A stretch of 64,000 bases of DNA from an uncultured Gemmatimonadota bacterium. Its GTDB lineage: Bacteria; GCA-2686955. The DNA is taken from NCBI GenBank assembly GCA_964490075.1, contig CAZBBK010000010.1, positions 1 to 64,000 of the forward strand, read 5' to 3'. A program made the translations under genes and the position numbers. Below the pieces are notes generated by a model. That model was not told the DNA's origin. It was given only the letters and a program-made list of their open reading frames with translations, and did no database searches. Below, piece by piece: positions 58,979 through 64,000 of this stretch; within the stretch, counting starts at the first letter, position 1, and every line of letters begins with the position of its first letter.

Positions 58979-61138
58979 ATGCAGCCCAAAGCGACTCAGA
59001 TCCGAACCTCGATATCGTCCTTCGCTCTGCTTCTCATGGCCCTCGGCACGCCGGCCCGGGCCCAGGGAAACGTGCCGGAGAGCACAAGTAATGAGCCGGC
59101 CGTCGAGCAGGGAGAGGAGGCACCGACCGAGCTCGAGACGATGGTGATCATGGGAGGACCGCAGCGGCTCGGCAGCACCCGCCTCGACGCGCCGCGGCTG
59201 ACCGACGAGCTGGAGGTCAACCTGGGCGAGATCCTGGTCGACCTGGCCGGGGTCTGGGCGGTGCGGCGCGGGGCCAACGCCACCGACTTGGTGGTTCGCG
59301 GTTTCGGCGGCGAGCGGGTGCGCACCCAGGTCGGCGTGGTGCCGGTGCTGGGCGGCTCGCCGGCGTCGATGGACCCGCCGCTCACCTACCTGACTCCCCA
59401 CGCGGTCAACACCGTGACCATCGAGACCGGCCTGCCCTCGGTCGCCGGCGGCCCCGGGGCGATCGGTGGGCGGGTGACCGTCTCTCCCGACTTCGTGCGG
59501 CCGCGCGGGGCCGCAGACGAGATCCACGGATTCGTCTCCGGCGGCTACGATTCCGCCCGCTCCGGCTATCGCAGCGAATGCGGCCTCTTCGGCGGCACGG
59601 AGCGCGTCGACGCCCGCGCCACCGCCGGCATGCTGCGCTTCCACGACTACGAATCCCCCGATGGCCGGGAGGTTCCGGCCGATCTGATCGAGCGCAACGC
59701 GTCGCTCTCGATGGGATTCAAGCCCCTCGACGGCCACCGTTTCTGGAACGCCTTCAGCTACGTGCGCCAGGAGGACGCCGAGTTTCCGGGCATGCCGATG
59801 AACAAGCGCGGCTCCGATACCTACCTCTTCAACACCGGCTACCGGATCGACACGCCGGGGAAGCGCGTCGAGCAGATCGACCTGCAAGGCGGCATGTCGC
59901 GCGTCGAGCACCAGATGACCAACCTCTGGAAGCCGACCCGGCAGCAGATGGAGGCCGAGGCCAATTCGACCGCCGCGGTCTACGCGGGCGCGCTGCGCCT
60001 CGGTTTGCGTCCCGGTGACCGGCTGCGCGTCGCCACCGGCGTCGGCTTCGAGAAGGTGGACAAGGACGCCGCCCGCGACCGCTACATCATCGCCCAGGAT
60101 CAGACCGCCACCGACCACGTCTGGCCCGACGCCCACCAGAGCGACGTGGGCGCCTTCGCCGAGCTAACCTTCGAGCTGGAGCACGATCTGCGTCTCAGCG
60201 CCGGCGGGCGCGCCGACCTGGTCACCAGCGATGCCGCCGCGGTCGAAGAGCCGGGCTTCGCCAACAAGCCGATTCGCACCCACTACGACGAGACCTATGG
60301 CGCGGGGTCCGCGGACGAGATCGACCGCGACGAGAAGATGGGATCGGGCAACCTGCTCCTGGAGTGGTCGGGCGTCGACGACCTGGCCCTGCAGCTGGGC
60401 GCCGGCTACCTGATGCGGGCCGCCAGCGTCAGCGAGCGCTACTATGCCTTCGCCCCACGCCCCGGCGGCTACCTGCTGGGCAATCCCACGCTGGTCGCCG
60501 AGAAGGGGGCACAGCTCGAGGCCCGGGCGATCGCCGAGCTCTCGTGGCTCGACGCGTCGCTCTCCGGCTTCTTCATCGATGTGCGCGACTACATCATGGA
60601 GACCACGGTCGACCAACGGGACATCAACGGCGACCAGGTCGACGACAACATACGCGGCTACCGCAACGTCGACGCCGAGCTCTACGGCTTCGAGACCACG
60701 CTCGATCTGCGCCTGGCCGAGCACCTGAGGATCCCCGCGACCCTGGCCTACGTGCACGGCGACAACACCTCCGAGGGTGGCGCGCTGCCGCAGATTCCGC
60801 CGCTCAGCGGCGACGCCGCGCTGCGCCTGGAGCTCGGTGAGAGCCTCCCCTGGTGGGCGCAGATCGGCACCCGCTTCGCCGCCGAACAGCCCGCCGAGCG
60901 GGTCGATCCGAGCTTCCCGGAGAACGCGAGCGAGGGCTGGGCGACGCTGAACCTGCGCGCCGGTGCGCGCCTTTTCGACGCGCTGCACGTCGAGGCGGGG
61001 GTCGAAAACCTGCTCGACGCCGAGTACCATGAGCATCTGACCCGCGCCGCGGCCTTGAAGGTCGGCGGGCTGGAGGCGGGGGACGAGGTCCCGGCACCCG
61101 GACGCAGCCTCTTCGTGATGATCCGTGGAGAGTACTGA
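58979..61138 (+). CDS. TonB-dependent receptor, OprC/NosA (copper receptor)-like
   Basis: Signal peptide; plug 'VRRG..A.D..VRG', 'GGSPASMDPPLTY'; 'HQM.N'; 'GNPTL..E', 'LPQIPP', 'GVENL.D..Y.EHL', C-terminal 'PGRS......Y'. Confidence 0.85.
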   Translation: MQPKATQIRTSISSFALLLMALGTPARAQGNVPESTSNEPAVEQGEEAPTELETMVIMGGPQRLGSTRLDAPRLTDELEVNLGEILVDLAGVWAVRRGANATDLVVRGFGGERVRTQVGVVPVLGGSPASMDPPLTYLTPHAVNTVTIETGLPSVAGGPGAIGGRVTVSPDFVRPRGAADEIHGFVSGGYDSARSGYRSECGLFGGTERVDARATAGMLRFHDYESPDGREVPADLIERNASLSMGFKPLDGHRFWNAFSYVRQEDAEFPGMPMNKRGSDTYLFNTGYRIDTPGKRVEQIDLQGGMSRVEHQMTNLWKPTRQQMEAEANSTAAVYAGALRLGLRPGDRLRVATGVGFEKVDKDAARDRYIIAQDQTATDHVWPDAHQSDVGAFAELTFELEHDLRLSAGGRADLVTSDAAAVEEPGFANKPIRTHYDETYGAGSADEIDRDEKMGSGNLLLEWSGVDDLALQLGAGYLMRAASVSERYYAFAPRPGGYLLGNPTLVAEKGAQLEARAIAELSWLDASLSGFFIDVRDYIMETTVDQRDINGDQVDDNIRGYRNVDAELYGFETTLDLRLAEHLRIPATLAYVHGDNTSEGGALPQIPPLSGDAALRLELGESLPWWAQIGTRFAAEQPAERVDPSFPENASEGWATLNLRAGARLFDALHVEAGVENLLDAEYHEHLTRAAALKVGGLEAGDEVPAPGRSLFVMIRGEY

Positions 61139-61958
61139 GCGCACAACCCGTATCTGGGTCGTCGTCTTGGCGGCCGCCACCGCGTGCTTGCTCGGGCGAG
61201 CGGCGGCGGCGGAGCCCGAGGAGGTCGACTTCGCCGCCCGGGCACGCGAGCTGGTGGCGCTGCGCGCGCAGTGTGAGCGCCTGGAGTCCGATCTGCGCGA
61301 CGAGCGCGACGCGCAGCGCAGCCGCGACCGGGGGCTGGCGGCGCAGCAGGAGGAGCTGCGCCTCTTGATCCGGCGCGAGCAGGTGCGGCTGCGCGGCGCG
61401 GAGCAGCGCGCGGCCCAGCGCCAGGAGCTGCTGGAGGACCAGGCCGGCCGGGCGCGGCTCCTGGCGGAGCCGCTGGGTGCGGCGGTCGAGGCGCTGCGCG
61501 AGCTGGTCGAGGGCTCGTTGCCTTTCCAACGGGACGGCCGCCTGGCCGAGCTGCGGGAGATCGAGCAGACCCTGGAGAGCGGAGCGCTGGGCGCCGAGGG
61601 CGCCGCCTCGCGGCTCTGGCAGTTCGTGGAGGACGAGCTACAGCTGACGCTGGAATGCGCGCTCCACCAGGATGTGATCGGCTCCGAGGGCGAGCGCAAG
61701 CTGGTGCGGGTGGTGCGTCTGGGCATGGTCGGCCTGTTCTACCGCGAGGCCGAGGGCAGCTACGGCAGGGCACTCTCCGAGGCTTCGCTCGCGCGCTTCG
61801 AGAAGGTCGAGGGGGGCGCATCGATCCGCGCGCTCGACAAGCTCTTTCGAGCCTTCGAGCGGCACGTTCGCCAGGGGCCTTTCGAGCTGCCCTTGGAACT
61901 GCCCTTGGAGCTGCCGCCGGAGCCGGCGCCGGGGCCGTCCGAGGAGCTCACCCGATGA
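61125..61958 (+). CDS. DUF3450-family periplasmic coiled-coil protein
   Basis: Signal peptide, long coiled coil, 'LPF....RL', 'VRLG..GLFY'; typical position before an extended ExbB. Confidence 0.7.
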   Translation: MESTERTTRIWVVVLAAATACLLGRAAAAEPEEVDFAARARELVALRAQCERLESDLRDERDAQRSRDRGLAAQQEELRLLIRREQVRLRGAEQRAAQRQELLEDQAGRARLLAEPLGAAVEALRELVEGSLPFQRDGRLAELREIEQTLESGALGAEGAASRLWQFVEDELQLTLECALHQDVIGSEGERKLVRVVRLGMVGLFYREAEGSYGRALSEASLARFEKVEGGASIRALDKLFRAFERHVRQGPFELPLELPLELPPEPAPGPSEELTR

Positions 61959-63367
61959 TCCGCGCCGCGCTCGCGCTGCTGCTCTGCCTGCCGGCGTGGG
62001 CGGCGGCGTCGGAGCCGCCGGACGCGCCGCCGGCCGACTCCAGCGCGGCGCTGCACGCCCGTCACCAGCTGGAGCGCGCCTACCAGCGCGAGCGCGCGCT
62101 TCTCGAGGCCCAGCGCGGCGAGCTGGAGCGGGAGCTGACCGGGTTGCGAACACGCGGCCAAGGGCGGCGCGAGGAGGGGGAAGGGACGGTGCTGGAGCTG
62201 ACCGAGCGCTTGATGGCGGCGCGTTCGCGGGCCTCCGAGCTGGAGCGGGGTCTGGACGAGGGCGCGGAGCCCGGCGCCTCGCCCGGGGCGCGGGGGGATC
62301 TGCTCGACGCGACCCTGGAGCAGGCGCGGGTCACCTTGGCTCGGCACGGCGAGGTGCTCGATTCTGTCCAGGGTGCGCCCGCCGAGCGCCTCGGCGAGAT
62401 CTTCACGCGCGCGTCCGCTCTGCTGCGGCGCTTCGGCAGCGTGCACACCGAAGCGGGCAGCTTCTTCGATGCGCGCGGCGTCCAGGTCGAGGGCACGATC
62501 CTCCACTTCGGTCGGATCGCCGCCCTGGGCTCGGCCGCGGGCGCCGGAGGCGTGCTGGCGCCGACCGGCAGCGGCGGCCTGGAGCTGGTCGGGCCCGAGC
62601 ACCACGACACGGTGCGGCGGGTGCTGAAGGGCGAGGCGCCGGAGCTGCTGGAGCTCTTCCTCTTCGATCCGCTGACCCGCTCCTCGCCGGCCGCGCCGCG
62701 CCAGGCGTGGCGCGAGACCCTGGAGCGCGGCGGACTGCTGGTGTGGCCGATTCTCGGGCTCGGCGCCCTGGCGTGCCTGCTCTTCGTCGAGCGGGTGGTG
62801 GCGTTGCTACTGTTGGGCGGCGGCGGCGCCGGGCTGGTACGCGAGGTCGCGGAGGCCGCGCGGACTCGCCGCTGGCAGGTCGCCGAGCGCCTGGTCGCGC
62901 ACCGCACCAGCTCGATCGCCCGGGTGCTGCATGCCGCGCTCCGGCATCGTGACTCGCCGCGCACTCTCTTCGAGGACGCCGTCGGGCAGTCGCTCTTGCA
63001 CGAGACCGGGCGCATGGAGCGGATCCTCCCCGCCCTCCAGGTCATCGCCGGAGTCGCTCCTCTGCTCGGTCTGCTGGGCACCGTCACCGGCATGATCGCC
63101 ACCTTCGACGTGATCACCGAGCACGGCACCGGCGATCCGAAGCTGCTCTCGGGTGGCATCTCCGAAGCCTTGATCACCACCGAGCTGGGCCTCATGGTGG
63201 CGGTCCCGGCGCTGCTTCTGCACGCGCTCCTGGCCGGCCGGGTAGAGCGCCTGGTGAGCACCATGGAGAGCGGCGCGCTCGACCTGAGCGTGGCGCTGGG
63301 CCGCTCGCGCCAGGCGGAGCCGGCGCCGGAACCGGCCGGCGCCGAGTGTCCGGGGCGGGGCTCGTGA
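61955..63367 (+). CDS. Extended MotA/TolQ/ExbB protein (TtpC-like)
   Basis: ATGA overlap; periplasmic coiled coil; 'GG..VWPI..LG', 'APLLGLLGTVTGMI.TF..I...G.GDPK.LSGGISEAL.TT..GL'. Confidence 0.88.
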   Translation: MIRAALALLLCLPAWAAASEPPDAPPADSSAALHARHQLERAYQRERALLEAQRGELERELTGLRTRGQGRREEGEGTVLELTERLMAARSRASELERGLDEGAEPGASPGARGDLLDATLEQARVTLARHGEVLDSVQGAPAERLGEIFTRASALLRRFGSVHTEAGSFFDARGVQVEGTILHFGRIAALGSAAGAGGVLAPTGSGGLELVGPEHHDTVRRVLKGEAPELLELFLFDPLTRSSPAAPRQAWRETLERGGLLVWPILGLGALACLLFVERVVALLLLGGGGAGLVREVAEAARTRRWQVAERLVAHRTSSIARVLHAALRHRDSPRTLFEDAVGQSLLHETGRMERILPALQVIAGVAPLLGLLGTVTGMIATFDVITEHGTGDPKLLSGGISEALITTELGLMVAVPALLLHALLAGRVERLVSTMESGALDLSVALGRSRQAEPAPEPAGAECPGRGS

Positions 63368-63978
63368 GCGCCCGGCTGGCGGACTACCTGGTCTCCGGCG
63401 GGCTGGTCGCGATCTTCATCCTCGCGCTTTCGACGCTGCTCTGGGCCCTGATCTGGCTGCGCAGCTGCAACTTGCGCCGCGGGCTACGCGCCTCGCCGGC
63501 GCGCTGGCGGCGCATTCTGGAGGGCGACGAAGGACTGAATCGCGGCGCCGCCGCCGGCGTTCTGGTCCGTGCCTTCGGGCGTGGCCGCGCGCTCCTGGAG
63601 CAGGCCCCGGGCGCAGCGTCGGAGGGCAGCCTGGAGGCGATTTTCTTCGACGAGGAGCAGCGGCTGGGCCGCTACGGGCGCGGGGTGCGGGCGATCGTCA
63701 TGGCGGCGCCCCTCTTGGGTCTGCTGGGGACCGTCGACGGCATGATGGAGACTTTCGGATCGCTGGCCCGGACCACCGACATCGACCGTGGCGGCGGGGT
63801 CGCGGCCGGGATCTCCACCGCCCTCGTCACCACCCAGCTCGGGCTCTTCGTCGCCATCCCCGGTCTCTTGGTCGGGCGGCTCCTCGATCGCCGCGAGGCG
63901 GCGCTGCGCATCGAGCTCACGCAGCTTCACAAGGTGCTGGGGGCGTGGGTCCGTCGATCGAAGGCCGGCGGGCGATGA
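63364..63978 (+). CDS. exbB: MotA/TolQ/ExbB proton channel protein
   Basis: GTG overlaps previous stop; 'APLLGLLGTVDGMM.TF', 'AGIS.AL.TTQ.GL.VAIP'. Confidence 0.85.
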   Translation: MSARLADYLVSGGLVAIFILALSTLLWALIWLRSCNLRRGLRASPARWRRILEGDEGLNRGAAAGVLVRAFGRGRALLEQAPGAASEGSLEAIFFDEEQRLGRYGRGVRAIVMAAPLLGLLGTVDGMMETFGSLARTTDIDRGGGVAAGISTALVTTQLGLFVAIPGLLVGRLLDRREAALRIELTQLHKVLGAWVRRSKAGGR

Positions 63979-64000
63979 TCCCCACGCGGCGCAAGGGCGC
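63975..64000 (+). CDS. Start of next coupled gene, probably exbD (truncated by window end)
   Basis: ATGA overlap giving MIPTRRKG; identity inferred from operon order only. Confidence 0.4.

Overview
High-GC bacterial chromosomal DNA with about 48 genes. A FlgD-Ig/T9SS-type C-terminal domain, many Cys-rich beta-helix proteins and AlkP-family proteins ending in 'LxxLGY' suggest an FCB-related candidate phylum such as Eisenbacteria, Krumholzibacteriota or Latescibacterota; this is inference only. Housekeeping blocks: topA-xerC-hslV-hslU-argF, mltD, a tightly coupled envelope operon (lipoprotein, bamD, nadD, TPR, LolB/DUF4292-like, DUF3108, DHS-like, manC, SPOR, GlmU-like, rnhC), TolC-MFP-RND, rpmB, initiator tRNA-Met, ftsB and eno. 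A TonB-dependent receptor/DUF3450/ExbB operon runs off the right end. Accessory content: five secreted beta-helix proteins (four as a duplicated A-B gene pair), four membrane-anchored alkaline-phosphatase/sulfatase-superfamily proteins and three deletion-eroded gene relics. The best candidate for an undescribed system is 41173-50500: secreted M64-like peptidase, Ser/Thr kinase-degenerate STAND NTPase-TPR protein, secreted protein, GAF-sigma54 activator, then an IHF site plus -24/-12 promoter in front of an ECF sigma factor with no adjacent anti-sigma and a Thr in its DAED motif. All family assignments come from motif recognition, not database searches. No CRISPR array, rRNA or intact mobile element was seen.
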